Source: an uncultured Eudoraea sp.
GTDB taxonomy: Bacteria; Bacteroidota; Bacteroidia; Flavobacteriales; Flavobacteriaceae
Length of the DNA: 64,000 bases
Direction of reading: 5' to 3'
Assembly (NCBI GenBank): GCA_965363995.1
Contig: CBDTVZ010000001.1
Location: 10,928-74,927, forward strand
The notes beneath the pieces were generated by a model. It did no database searches. It was not told the DNA's origin and saw only the letters and a program-made list of their open reading frames with translations. Every line of letters begins with the position of its first letter. Within the stretch, counting starts at the first letter, position 1. Shown here one piece after another: positions 19,273 to 30,100 of this stretch. Both the position numbers and the translations under genes were made by a program.

Positions 19273-20208
19273 TCACTTAAATACTATCGACCACGCTAAT
19301 AAAAGAGTATTAGTTGTCGCGCCAACATCCTCCAGGGCTTTGGAATAAACATAAGCTAATTTAAGGCCCTGGTTACCTGAAAAACTAGCTCCAACGGAAG
19401 CGGCACCAACAAAGTTTGCTCTCCGATCATCATTGAATTGTTGATTAACAATTGAGGCTGCTCCTTGATTAAATCCGGCACTTATAGAGCCCCAATAACG
19501 CTTCTTAAATTGTCTTACAAGATGAGTTTGAAGGGCAAAAAGCGCCCTTTGTTTTAATTCACCATCATTAAAAAAATCATTATTCTTGGTAAAGAGTACC
19601 AGGGAGGCGGTAAGTTCATATGACCAGGGACCCCAATAATGGACCATCCCTGCCTGCGGTCTTATAACGAAACGGTTACTGCCCAGATTTATTAATTTAG
19701 TATTGGAGTATTGCCCTATAGGCACAGTTATGGCTAAAGAAACACCAAAGGTTGTAAAAACCGGGTGGGCAGCTCTGTATTCCTGCAATTCTTTGGGTCC
19801 TGAGGGTGGAGGCCCTGTTAAATTTAAGGAAAACCTCACTCGCGGATCGGCGAGACCGTTTCTGTCAACACTCGTTGGGACACCATTTAAAAGACCTTCC
19901 CAACGGGAAAAAGAAATAGGAAGTAAAACGCCTACCCGTGCTAATTTATTACCCAATCTAAAGGGGCGAACATAACCTGCAACGAACCCGTTACCTGTAT
20001 AGATTACATCTTCGGCTCCTATGACGGGATCAAAAAAGACATCACCGGAAGTATAGGCATATCCTGCAGCTATTACATTTACACCCAAAGGAATGGAAGA
20101 CCATCGGCGGGGTTCCATATCCTGTGTATAACCTTGCTGCAGACAAAGCATAACACAGTATATTAGAATATTTTTAAGAATTAATGATCTTTGACCACAA
20201 CATGTCAT
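19273..20208 (-). CDS. Outer-membrane channel, MetA-pathway-of-phenol-degradation-like family
   Basis: QDMEPRRW, GLADPRVR, PIGQYSNTKLINLGSNRF motifs; exact start uncertain. Confidence 0.7.
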   Translation of the reverse strand: MTCCGQRSLILKNILIYCVMLCLQQGYTQDMEPRRWSSIPLGVNVIAAGYAYTSGDVFFDPVIGAEDVIYTGNGFVAGYVRPFRLGNKLARVGVLLPISFSRWEGLLNGVPTSVDRNGLADPRVRFSLNLTGPPPSGPKELQEYRAAHPVFTTFGVSLAITVPIGQYSNTKLINLGSNRFVIRPQAGMVHYWGPWSYELTASLVLFTKNNDFFNDGELKQRALFALQTHLVRQFKKRYWGSISAGFNQGAASIVNQQFNDDRRANFVGAASVGASFSGNQGLKLAYVYSKALEDVGATTNTLLLAWSIVFK

Positions 20209-20256
20209 TGGCTGGCTTGGATGTGTTTTTACTTCTTTATTTTAACCAGATACTTG

Positions 20257-20667
20257 TTAATCATTTGTTATCCCCCATCTTCTATAGGCCGACCTTAGAA
20301 ATTCTCCATAAATTTCCTGATGTATTTCAAATTGTTCCGGAGTGAGTAATTCTTTTAATTCCTCATCCTGTTTGGCTAATAAGCTGTTTAATTCTTTTTT
20401 AAACCTCTCCTCCGAATAGCCTTTATCCTTATCATCTAAGCGAGCAATTTTAGCAACATAATAAACAAGAATACCACTGTATTGGTCCATTTCTTCTTCC
20501 GTTAGGTCCATTTTTTTGACTTCACGATGATACCAATTTTGAATGTTGTCAATTTCCTCTGAGGAATAAATTCGGACCTTTCGATCTTCTTTACTGAGGT
20601 CTTGAGCAGTAAGGTTAAAAAACAACAAGGTAGATGCAATAAATAAAATACTTTTAAAATAAGACAT
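20257..20667 (-). CDS. Secreted helical hypothetical protein
   Basis: Signal peptide; charged helical body with LTEEEM / LLTPEQF segments. Confidence 0.6.
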   Translation of the reverse strand: MSYFKSILFIASTLLFFNLTAQDLSKEDRKVRIYSSEEIDNIQNWYHREVKKMDLTEEEMDQYSGILVYYVAKIARLDDKDKGYSEERFKKELNSLLAKQDEELKELLTPEQFEIHQEIYGEFLRSAYRRWGITND

Positions 20668-20830
20668 GGAATAATCGTTTTAACATAGGTTATATAACAA
20701 ATTTAATGTTAAATTATTACTTTTCATACGCTTTGTATCTATTTCAATTTTAGAACCATAAAAATAGACTTCCCTGATTCACAATTATACAATGATCTAT
20801 CAGAGGGATAAAAGCACAATTAAAACAGTG

Positions 20831-21682
20831 CTATTTAATTTTATAAGAGTATAAATTTCTCCCCGTTTTATGGAGTTCTTCATCCGAAAGCAGCAATGTT
20901 TCATTATTTAGGAAAGAAATAGATTCCAGTTGGGTTGTACTGCCAAGATCAATTGTTTTTAGATCTCCTTCGAAGAAATTTGAAAGATTAAAATTAGTAA
21001 AAAGCCATAATTTACCGTAGCCTAAAAGGGCGATTGTTTTACCGTCCTGGGATATATCTGCGGCTGTTATTTTACAGGTGGAAAAATCTGTACAGGGAAT
21101 AAATTCTCCGAGGTAAGTGGCCTTATATTTCCCTTTTTTCGCAGGAATTCTGTATATCAACGCCTTACCACTAAAAGGATGGGACCTGTTTTTTGTGATA
21201 AGATATAGGCTGTCTTTTGCGTAAAAAATGGCCTCTGTGTCATAGTGCAGATTTTTCTTTTTAGGGGGAAATTTTGTTTGTTCAGGAAAGTTGAATTCTA
21301 TGCGTTCTGCTTCAATCTTGTCTCCTTTTCCCTTATCCGGATTGGGTATTTTATATATAACCAGATCTTTTCTTTTATTTGCATTATTTCCTGTATCAGC
21401 TATATAAACATTACCATCAATATCCCGGGCCATATCTTCCCAATCCTTGTTTTTGGCATTTTTCACTTCGAGTTCGTTAAGGTACTTACCCTTAAAATTT
21501 ATTTGATAAATCTTATCTGCACCTCCACTGTCGTTAATCATCCAAACAGTGGAATCCCGGCCTACGGCCATCCCCGAATTTTCGTCCAGTTTTTTAGGGA
21601 GTTTAGTAATGTAAGTAAGTTGACCATAGTTGGAGCAACTGAATAATAAGCTTGCGAATAAAAAGTATAAATACCTACTCAT
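20831..21682 (-). CDS. Hypothetical beta-propeller lipoprotein (SdiA-regulated-like)
   Basis: Lipobox LFSC; blade-like motifs ENSGM, NDSG, DWEDM, ADTGNN, DTEA, ITAAD, QLESI. Confidence 0.7.
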   Translation of the reverse strand: MSRYLYFLFASLLFSCSNYGQLTYITKLPKKLDENSGMAVGRDSTVWMINDSGGADKIYQINFKGKYLNELEVKNAKNKDWEDMARDIDGNVYIADTGNNANKRKDLVIYKIPNPDKGKGDKIEAERIEFNFPEQTKFPPKKKNLHYDTEAIFYAKDSLYLITKNRSHPFSGKALIYRIPAKKGKYKATYLGEFIPCTDFSTCKITAADISQDGKTIALLGYGKLWLFTNFNLSNFFEGDLKTIDLGSTTQLESISFLNNETLLLSDEELHKTGRNLYSYKIK

Positions 21683-22574
21683 TGTTGTTTTTTAAGGGCA
21701 TATAGATTTCCGCTTTCCAATTAAGTCCATCACCTCCCATATTAGGGTTGCTATGGTAAACTTCTACAGGCAGACCTGTAACTTCAATATCATTTTTCTC
21801 GGCATAATCCAAAAGAGCATACCAGGCCCTGTCGGAAGTTATATAGTTGCCATTGTAAATAGACATAAGTGCATTTCTTGAAGTGAATTGCTTATACTTC
21901 AGGTCTGGATGTTGTGGTAATGAATCCGACTTAATAATCGGATAACAGAAATCAAACTGTATACTGTCTGTTTCCCTGTCCCATTTGGTAACTTCTAAAA
22001 ATCGCTTTCCATTTAATTCAATTTTGTTACTGGCAAAGATGTTATTTAGTAAGGGATAGTTTTCCATCATTCCCATTGCTTTCGCAAATTGAGTGGTCTT
22101 GACCGTAACATAAGCACAATAAGTAGAAGTTAATTCTTTCGGGCCAATAATTTTAACCCTAAACTTATCAACATGTGCATTTAGGTTTTCATTAAAATCC
22201 TTAACTGTACTTATGGTTCGTTTTTCAAAATCGGTATTAAAAAAAGGGATCGCAATTTTGTTTCCAAAACTATGATCAAGATCCTTTACATAAACTTTCA
22301 CCTTTGAAGTAGAGTCTGTTAGTGGAATAATATCCCATTGATATAAATAAGTAGAATCGTTGAATTTTATATTTTGTTCCAGGTGAGTTAGACCTTCCTG
22401 TTCCACTAATTGTGCATCTTTCAGGGTAGAACTCCAAATTTTAATAGATTGGTTAATAGTCCCGGGAAACGTCCTGGCTTTGAAAGTTACGACGTAATCA
22501 TAGGGTTTTATAAATAAATACCAAATAAGGCCTGCAAGTAGCATTGCCACTAAAACTAAAATGACTTTTTTCAT
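21675..22574 (-). CDS. Membrane-anchored GyrI-like small-molecule-binding domain protein
   Basis: N-terminal TM; C-terminal YNGNY...AWYALLDY...PVEVY..NP...WKAEIYMP. Confidence 0.75.
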   Translation of the reverse strand: MKKVILVLVAMLLAGLIWYLFIKPYDYVVTFKARTFPGTINQSIKIWSSTLKDAQLVEQEGLTHLEQNIKFNDSTYLYQWDIIPLTDSTSKVKVYVKDLDHSFGNKIAIPFFNTDFEKRTISTVKDFNENLNAHVDKFRVKIIGPKELTSTYCAYVTVKTTQFAKAMGMMENYPLLNNIFASNKIELNGKRFLEVTKWDRETDSIQFDFCYPIIKSDSLPQHPDLKYKQFTSRNALMSIYNGNYITSDRAWYALLDYAEKNDIEVTGLPVEVYHSNPNMGGDGLNWKAEIYMPLKNNNE

Positions 22575-22589
22575 ATTATTAATTGGAAA

Positions 22590-23924
22590 CTAAATTGGGT
22601 TCCTGGTCATTGTAAGGTTTTCCAAAATGAACTTACCTAAATCCCTTCCTTGTTTTACACCAACCGCAACGGCCTTTCTGTAATGAATTCCGCCGTACAT
22701 TCTGCTAATAGCCGCCTCATCTGCGGCTTCGTTAAATGAATTAAAACTTCTGGCAGGCAATCCATAGGGTACTTCAGTATCATCATCAAATGTAAAATTG
22801 TCACCAAAAATATCCGTAAGTGCAGTTGCAGCGGCTCCGGAAACCACACTATGTCCACTGGTGTATTCAGGAAATGGTGGAGTTTGCAATACTGGTTTCC
22901 AGTTTTCGTCAATATGTTCGTTGATAAGGGTTTCAGGCCGGATAAGATTGCTTCTGTACTTTTCATCCCAACAACTAATAAAGGCATCGGCTATGGCCAT
23001 GGATGTTTTGGTATAGGCGTATACTGTTTTGTTAAAATCACTATTTGTGTTTTTGGCAGCAATTTTAACTATACCAATCCAGTGGGCTCCCGGGGAAATT
23101 TTCTTAGTAGCGAACATCAAATGACCACGTGTCACGGAAACATACGGATTACAATCCCAGAACTGTGCTATGGCAATTTCTTCAGAGGCATCTCCTTTTT
23201 CCGTGATTTCCATGCTAATGTCATATACTTCTTTTACTTCTTTGTAAAATTCTGAATCTTCTTCCATGGAAAAAGGAGGGGGAGGGGAGGGGATAAACTG
23301 GTTTGACGAATCTATCACAAAAGGGCGTATTTTGTTCCAATGCGGCTCTATCCCATCCATATAAGCCGGAGGGGTTGGTTGCCATCTTGAAGGGTCATCA
23401 GTATCTACAGTAAACTTGGGCATTGTCCTTGTTTGATTATAATTGTCGGCACTCATCCATTCTGCAATATGCTCGGCAACCTGCAGTCCGTACTCTTTAG
23501 AGGCATTAAATTCTCGTGCGTTTTGAGATTCCCAGACAGTATATAGACTATCCCTAAACGAAGCCAGTTTATCCTCAGAAAATATAACTCTAATGCTTAC
23601 ATCCATATGTGCTATTAAGGCAGATAAAGAATAATTTACCGGTTTTGATGTGTCTGGTTTGGGAATCGCAGTTAGATCGTGCGCCTGACCTTCCAATGAG
23701 AGGTAATGTTCGTCGTTTAGCGCTATTATTTCATACGCGGCGATATTGGGATAGGCATAGATCCTGCTGGCAACAGGGGGAGAAAAAATATCATGTATCA
23801 TAATCTCCGTAACCTTATTTATAGCCATATGTAGTTCATTGGGTGTAACAACAATGGGTTTTTCGTTCTTGTTGCAGGCCACAAGAGTTATCATTGCCAG
23901 CAATATTCCTAATGTCTTCTTCAT
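22590..23924 (-). CDS. Vanadium-dependent haloperoxidase (PAP2 superfamily) lipoprotein
   Basis: Lipobox LVAC; vanadate-binding motifs KYRSNLIRP, PPFPEYTSGHS, SRMYGGIHY; WQPTPP and FWDCNP segments. Confidence 0.88.
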   Translation of the reverse strand: MKKTLGILLAMITLVACNKNEKPIVVTPNELHMAINKVTEIMIHDIFSPPVASRIYAYPNIAAYEIIALNDEHYLSLEGQAHDLTAIPKPDTSKPVNYSLSALIAHMDVSIRVIFSEDKLASFRDSLYTVWESQNAREFNASKEYGLQVAEHIAEWMSADNYNQTRTMPKFTVDTDDPSRWQPTPPAYMDGIEPHWNKIRPFVIDSSNQFIPSPPPPFSMEEDSEFYKEVKEVYDISMEITEKGDASEEIAIAQFWDCNPYVSVTRGHLMFATKKISPGAHWIGIVKIAAKNTNSDFNKTVYAYTKTSMAIADAFISCWDEKYRSNLIRPETLINEHIDENWKPVLQTPPFPEYTSGHSVVSGAAATALTDIFGDNFTFDDDTEVPYGLPARSFNSFNEAADEAAISRMYGGIHYRKAVAVGVKQGRDLGKFILENLTMTRNPI

Positions 23925-23926
23925 TT

Positions 23927-26900
23927 TCAATTTTGTTTAATTAATTCATAAACGCGGGCTTTCTCGTTATTGAAGGTTACCAGTAAATAAGGTTGGTTGT
24001 TTAATTTAATTATATCAAGATGACGTGTTGATTTTTGAGAAAGATCCAGTCCCATTTTATGCCCCAAAATTATGTCATTTTTGCTTTTTATCATAGCACC
24101 GGGAAAAGAACCAAATCGTCCATGATAAGGTTTAACCCCAAAATAATTCCCTGCTGCTATAACTTCTTCAGAACCATCCTGATCAAAATCGTAAGCAAGA
24201 AAATCCATTATGGGTGCCAATTGTAATTCATTCTCAAATGGCACAAAAGTAAATTTGCCATTATTATTCTCCAGATATCCTGATCTCAATTCAGATACTT
24301 CTAAAACAACTGAGTTATCCAATGTTTTTTTATCAAATATCTGCTCAATGGTTTTGCCTGCAAAATCACTGTAATTAGTAAATTTTTTCCGCAACTCCAC
24401 TATTTGTCCGGCAATACCATCTAATCCTTCAAGTGGAAAGTATTTTCCGTTTTTAGGAATAGCAACAATAGTTTCCGTACTGCCATTTCCATCAAAATCT
24501 GAATAAAACATCTTTAAGGGTAAGTCTTCAGATGCTCTGAACTTATTATTTACTCCCCAATTTCCTAATAGATAATCCTTGTCACCATCCATATCAATAT
24601 CAAAAGCCGTTACACTTTGCCAAAGCCCATTTATTTCCCTGTCTAAAATTTTCTTTTCAACAAGAACACCATTGATATTGGCAAAAAATTTGGGAGACAT
24701 CCATTCACCAACTAGTATTAGATCCTGGATTCCATCCCCGTCAAAATCTTCCCATACTGCATCGGTAATCATCCCCGCATTTTGCAGATCCTTATTTTTT
24801 TCAATGGTGAATTGGCCATTGTTATTTTTTAGCAAATAGGAATTTGGTATTTTACCAAAGTCGTTGGATATGGCCTGGTTGCCAACAAAAATGTCAAGGT
24901 CCCCATCACTATCAAAGTCATTTGCTTTAATCACAGAAGCATTCTCAAAATATTCAGGTAGTAAAGCTTGTTCAAAAACGGTATCGTTCTGAACATAATA
25001 ACTGTCCAGTAATGGGGCCATTTTATTGTAGAAATCTGCTCCGCCGGAACCCAGGATCAGGTCCGTTTTTCCATTGCCTGTAAAATCGGCAATAACAGCT
25101 GTAACATCTTCTTTTATGCTATCTCTGTAAATTTCAGGAATGCTTTCTTCTACATACAAAGAGTCTGTTTGAAAAAAGATTCTGGAAGGTATAAATTTGG
25201 AGCCTCCAAAGAAAATATCGGCTTTACCATCATTATTAATATCCCCAATAGCCGTTGCGGGTCCCCTATCGGAGATTTGGTAAGGGATAAGTTTTTGTCT
25301 GTTAAAATCTATATAGTTATCTTCTTTATGTATAAAGTTGATCCCAAGATTATCTTCTACCTCCCTGAAGATTCTAAGCTTCGAGGGCTGAAGTGATCCA
25401 TAATCAAAGGGGTTTGTATTTTCAGGTGAAATAATTATTGTTTGATTTGTATTTACGTTTTTTACATTCTGAAATTGTCCATCAGGCCAGACTATTTTTA
25501 GAGAATCTATCTTTTCGGTTTTAGCGTAACCAAAATGAATTATAGGTTCCGAAGATGATTGAAATCCCCTTACGGGATATAATTCCTTATACTGCAAAAC
25601 ACCATTGTGATATGAGAACACTTTGGTTCCAATTCCAAATGGGTTGGCGGGTGAATATTTTAATTTAATTTTCAGGTAATTGTTTTTCCCATCCGTTTTA
25701 TTGATATATAAACTGGCAGGGCTATTTATATTATTAGTAACAAGATCCAGGTCACCGTCATTATCTAAGTCTGCTACTGCAGTAGCCCCGGAAATAAGTG
25801 TGTCGTTAACTATCCATGACCCTGATTTATCTTCGAATAAGAGGTCTGATGATCCTTTAAATACGTAATTATGGACATTCCCCGAGGGCATCATATTAAG
25901 GGCCTGTTGGTCTACCAGTTTGGTATTATTAATCTTAGTTTTGATCTGGTCACTAGAGACAAAGTTTATAAAATCAAGATCATTGGGACGTTTTGGGATT
26001 CCATTGGATATAAATAAGTCCTGTTCACCATCCTGGTCAAAATCCCCAAATAGACCGCTCCAACTCCAGTCTGTGGCAGCAATACCACTGTATAATGCTA
26101 TTTCTGCGAAGCTACTTCCAGGTCGATTTAATTGCAGCATGTTCCTGGTGAACTGGTAGTGGTAACCATATCTTTTTGTTCTTAACTTCTGGGTTTGAAT
26201 ATTGTCATCACCTTCTGAAGATTTAAGAACTGTTTCATCTTCAGGCAACATGTCCAGGGAAAGAATATCCGGCCATCCATCATGGTTAATGTCTGCAACA
26301 TCACTCCCCATAGAAAACCTGGTAGTATGCCCGAAATACTTCTTTATGCCTTCGGTGAACGTTCCGTCTCCATTGTTTAAGTAATAGTAATCATCTTCAT
26401 GAAAATCATTTCCTATATAGATATCGGGGTAACCATCCTGATTAAAATCTGATATTGCTATGCTTAACCCATATCCATTGACGCCTCCATAGATGCCAGC
26501 CTCTTCACTAACATCAAGGAAAGTACCATTCTCGTTTCGAAGTAACTTGTCTCCGGTCTGGTAATTTCTTTTATTACGAAGGTCTGCCTTACCAAAAGAT
26601 TCTGGCGTATGTACAGCCTGGTTTAAAAGGTAGATATCCAGATCGCCATCAAGATCAAAGTCTAAAAATGCGGCTGAAGAACTGAAGGAGTCAAAATCCA
26701 GACCATATGCCTCAGCACTTTCCACAAAAGTTTTATCTCCCTGATTGATAAAAAGTTCATTGTAACCTTTAAAACCGTTAATTCCAACCATTGCGCATAC
26801 ATAGATATCCAATAGCCCATCACCATTAACATCACCCATTATAGTTCCCGTATTCCAACTGCTATTACCCTCTACATGGGCAAGTTCTGTAATATCTTCA

Positions 26901-27181
26901 AATTTGAGCCCTCCTTTGTTCAGATACAGTTTGTTTTTAACCATATTTCCAGAGAAATAGATGTCAGCAAGGCCGTCGTTGTTAATATCTCCTACAGCAA
27001 CACCACCTCCATTAAAGAAATACAGATAATCCAATATATTGAGATCATCCGTTTCTGTTAATGTGTTTTCAAAAGTTATAGCCGTTTCTTTGGGAGGGGG
27101 ATTTTTAAACAGTTCCCCTTCTTTCGGGCCACAGCTTAAAGATAAAGAGACCACAAAAATTCCGAGGAGGTATTTATTCAT
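23927..27181 (-). CDS. FG-GAP/VCBS-repeat, ASPIC/UnbV-domain lipoprotein
   Basis: Start moved to MNKYLLG (lipobox SLSC); many GDINNDGxxD repeats; TDWSWS; RGFQSSS...HFG UnbV region. Confidence 0.9.
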   Translation of the reverse strand: MNKYLLGIFVVSLSLSCGPKEGELFKNPPPKETAITFENTLTETDDLNILDYLYFFNGGGVAVGDINNDGLADIYFSGNMVKNKLYLNKGGLKFEDITELAHVEGNSSWNTGTIMGDVNGDGLLDIYVCAMVGINGFKGYNELFINQGDKTFVESAEAYGLDFDSFSSSAAFLDFDLDGDLDIYLLNQAVHTPESFGKADLRNKRNYQTGDKLLRNENGTFLDVSEEAGIYGGVNGYGLSIAISDFNQDGYPDIYIGNDFHEDDYYYLNNGDGTFTEGIKKYFGHTTRFSMGSDVADINHDGWPDILSLDMLPEDETVLKSSEGDDNIQTQKLRTKRYGYHYQFTRNMLQLNRPGSSFAEIALYSGIAATDWSWSGLFGDFDQDGEQDLFISNGIPKRPNDLDFINFVSSDQIKTKINNTKLVDQQALNMMPSGNVHNYVFKGSSDLLFEDKSGSWIVNDTLISGATAVADLDNDGDLDLVTNNINSPASLYINKTDGKNNYLKIKLKYSPANPFGIGTKVFSYHNGVLQYKELYPVRGFQSSSEPIIHFGYAKTEKIDSLKIVWPDGQFQNVKNVNTNQTIIISPENTNPFDYGSLQPSKLRIFREVEDNLGINFIHKEDNYIDFNRQKLIPYQISDRGPATAIGDINNDGKADIFFGGSKFIPSRIFFQTDSLYVEESIPEIYRDSIKEDVTAVIADFTGNGKTDLILGSGGADFYNKMAPLLDSYYVQNDTVFEQALLPEYFENASVIKANDFDSDGDLDIFVGNQAISNDFGKIPNSYLLKNNNGQFTIEKNKDLQNAGMITDAVWEDFDGDGIQDLILVGEWMSPKFFANINGVLVEKKILDREINGLWQSVTAFDIDMDGDKDYLLGNWGVNNKFRASEDLPLKMFYSDFDGNGSTETIVAIPKNGKYFPLEGLDGIAGQIVELRKKFTNYSDFAGKTIEQIFDKKTLDNSVVLEVSELRSGYLENNNGKFTFVPFENELQLAPIMDFLAYDFDQDGSEEVIAAGNYFGVKPYHGRFGSFPGAMIKSKNDIILGHKMGLDLSQKSTRHLDIIKLNNQPYLLVTFNNEKARVYELIKQN

Positions 27182-30100
27182 CGATCGCAAATATCTTAGG
27201 TTTATTCTCATTGATAGCAACTATCAAATAGGTCTTTCCTGTTTTATCTTTAAACTGCTTCAATTGTTTAATCTCATCTCTTATATAAAAACCACTGGTA
27301 TCATAGTCCTGCCATTCAAAGCCTAAAGCTCCGTCACCAAGCAGAACATTACCATAATTAGCATCCAATCTTGAATACTGAGGTTTAAATTCAAAATTAT
27401 TACCTCCCATTATCAGGTCTAAATTCCCATCATTATTAACATCGGCACAGCTAATATCCAAAATACACGACAATTGGCTTCTGGAAGGTAGCTTTATAAC
27501 AGAAAAATTACCATTACCTTCATTAACGGCAATTATGGATTCTGAGATGACTGATTCTTTCATGATTGAGTTCCCAAAAATTTCTGCAGGAAATAATTCC
27601 TCAATGGTCTTTTTGGAATATTCTGAGGCCTTCAGGTTTTGCTTTTTTAAAGCAACCATTTGAGTGGTTAAGTCCTTTTTCTGATGGTGAGGATAATCCT
27701 TGCCATCAATATTCTGGGTTACTATTTGTTCAATTGTACCATTATCATCAAAATCATTGATCCACATTTTCATTGGCCTATCTATACCGGGCTTATAGTG
27801 GAGGTTACTTCCCTGATTGCCTAAGATCAGATCGTTATCTCCATCTTTATCTAAATCCACGGCTTCTGCAACATTCCACCATCCAGACAGACTATCAAGG
27901 GTCGAATTTTGGAAAGACAATTGTCTGCCCGAATTTTTAAAGATCTTTGGCGTCCCCCAATCTGAAACAGTTATCAGGTCTTTTTTCGAATCCCCATCTA
28001 TATCTGCCCAAATTGCGTCTGTAATCATTCCCGCATCTTTAAGGTCATAGGCATTTCTTTCCGTTACATTTTCAAAAGTACCATCACCCTTATTCTCCAA
28101 TAACAAATGTTTAGGATCAATTCCATACGTACCTACTACACTTCTGGAGCCTATAAAAAGATCTGTATCACCATCATTGTCATAGTCTGAAGGCGCTATG
28201 GTTGAAATATTAGCGAAAGTCGAAGGAAGTCTTTCCCCTGACTTCACAAAAGACCCATCGCCGTTGTTTAAATAAAGACGAGCCACATAGTTCTTTTCTT
28301 CCCCAACCTGATTGCCACCTGAACCTACAATTAGATCTAAATCTAAATCTCCATCAGCATCAAAAAAAGTAGCTGCTGTATCTTCATATTCGGCATCTTT
28401 TTCTAGCGAGTTTTGATTTGTAACTCTTAACGTCCCATTTCCACTATGTTTGTAGACAATCCCAGATTGGTTTTTAGCCCCTCCAATAAAGACATCCTCG
28501 TTGCCATCGCCATCGATATCGCCTACAGCCAGTGCCGGCCCTTCCTGTGAGAGTTGCATATAAATAAGCCCCTCGTAATCAAAATCATTATAGACATTTT
28601 CTTTATGGGCAATAAGTTGATTGTTTTGAATTTCTTTTAATAATGAAGGCTTCTTCTCTTTAATTAATGGAGTATATACCTCCATGGCATCGGAATGCTT
28701 AAAGGTGAGGAATTGATTAGCAGGAATTTCTTCTAACTTTTCCGTTTTATCATCCGGCCAAATGACTCTCAGGGAATCAATTATTTTGGAAGTTCCTAAA
28801 CCTATGGTCATTACATGATCCATGGAAGATTGAAAACCCCGGGAAGGCACTAATTCCTGGAGGATTACATTTTTGTCATAGTAAAGCATAACCGTAGTTC
28901 CAACGGCAAATTTATTTTCTTTTTGACCCTCAAATCGTAGTTTTATATAGTTGTTTTCCGTGAGCGAATTAGCATTATTTTCATAAACAAAGGACTCCAT
29001 ATTAACATTATTAACTACAATATCCAGATCGCCGTCATTATCCAGATCTCCATAGGCCGCACCATTAGATAAACTAGGTATTTCAAACCCCCAATCTTTA
29101 TTAGCGTTGGAAAAGGTAAGATCGCCATTGTTTCTATAGGCGTAATTTGGCTGAGGTCTTACGGGCATTTTATTGATAATGGAATCTATAGACTCTTTCT
29201 TGCCTGTAAGCACCATATTCTGAATGATTTCATTGGCAAAAAAATCGATAAAATCCAGGTCCGTAAGATCGTGATTAATACCGTTTGTAATATAAATATC
29301 TCTAAGGCCGTCATTATCCATATCAAAAAGAAGTCCTGCCCAACTCCAATCTGTTGCATCAACCCCGCTGAAATAAGCTATTTCTGAAAAGGATCCATTT
29401 CCATTGTTTAGCTGTAAAGTGTTTTGAATATATTGTTGGTAAAAATCCTTGCTTTGTTTTAATTTATAAACATTATAACCTTCAAATTCCATAATCGATT
29501 TAACTCGTTGATCCGGCTCCGGAAGCATATCCGTAATAAAAATATCTGCATTGCCGTCGTTATTAATATCTGAAATATCAATACCCATTGCAGATAAGGA
29601 GAGATGGGAAGTCCGGTTCTTTATATCTTCTTTAAAGGTGCCATCCTGATTGTTGATGTAAAGATAGTCCCGTTCGTAAAAGTCATTAGATACATAGATA
29701 TCAGGATAGAGGTCTTTATTGATATCAGTAATCATTACCCCCAGGCCAAATCCAATCAGGCTGCCATAGATGCCGGCATCTTCACTAACATCAACAAATT
29801 TTCCATTATCATTCCTCAAAAGCATGTCGCCGACACCCTTAAAAATATCCGGGATGCCCTCCCAATCCTGAGCCCTAATTTCTCTTTGCTCTGCATATCC
29901 CAAACTACTTACAGGGATGTTGCTATTGTTAAGGATATATGCGTCCAGATCGCCATCTTTATCGTAATCAAAAAAAGATGCCTGGGTGGAAAACCCGGTT
30001 TTGGCCAGGTTATAATCAGCTGCTTTTTCTGTAAAAGTCAGGTCACCGTTGTTTATATAGAGGTCATTATCATGGTTATTTCCCTTCATATTACCCGCGT

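Noticed and set aside
5100..20800. Genomic island or mobile element call for the accessory patch
   Set aside because: No integrase, transposase, tRNA anchor or flanking direct repeats seen, and no compositional shift evident by eye
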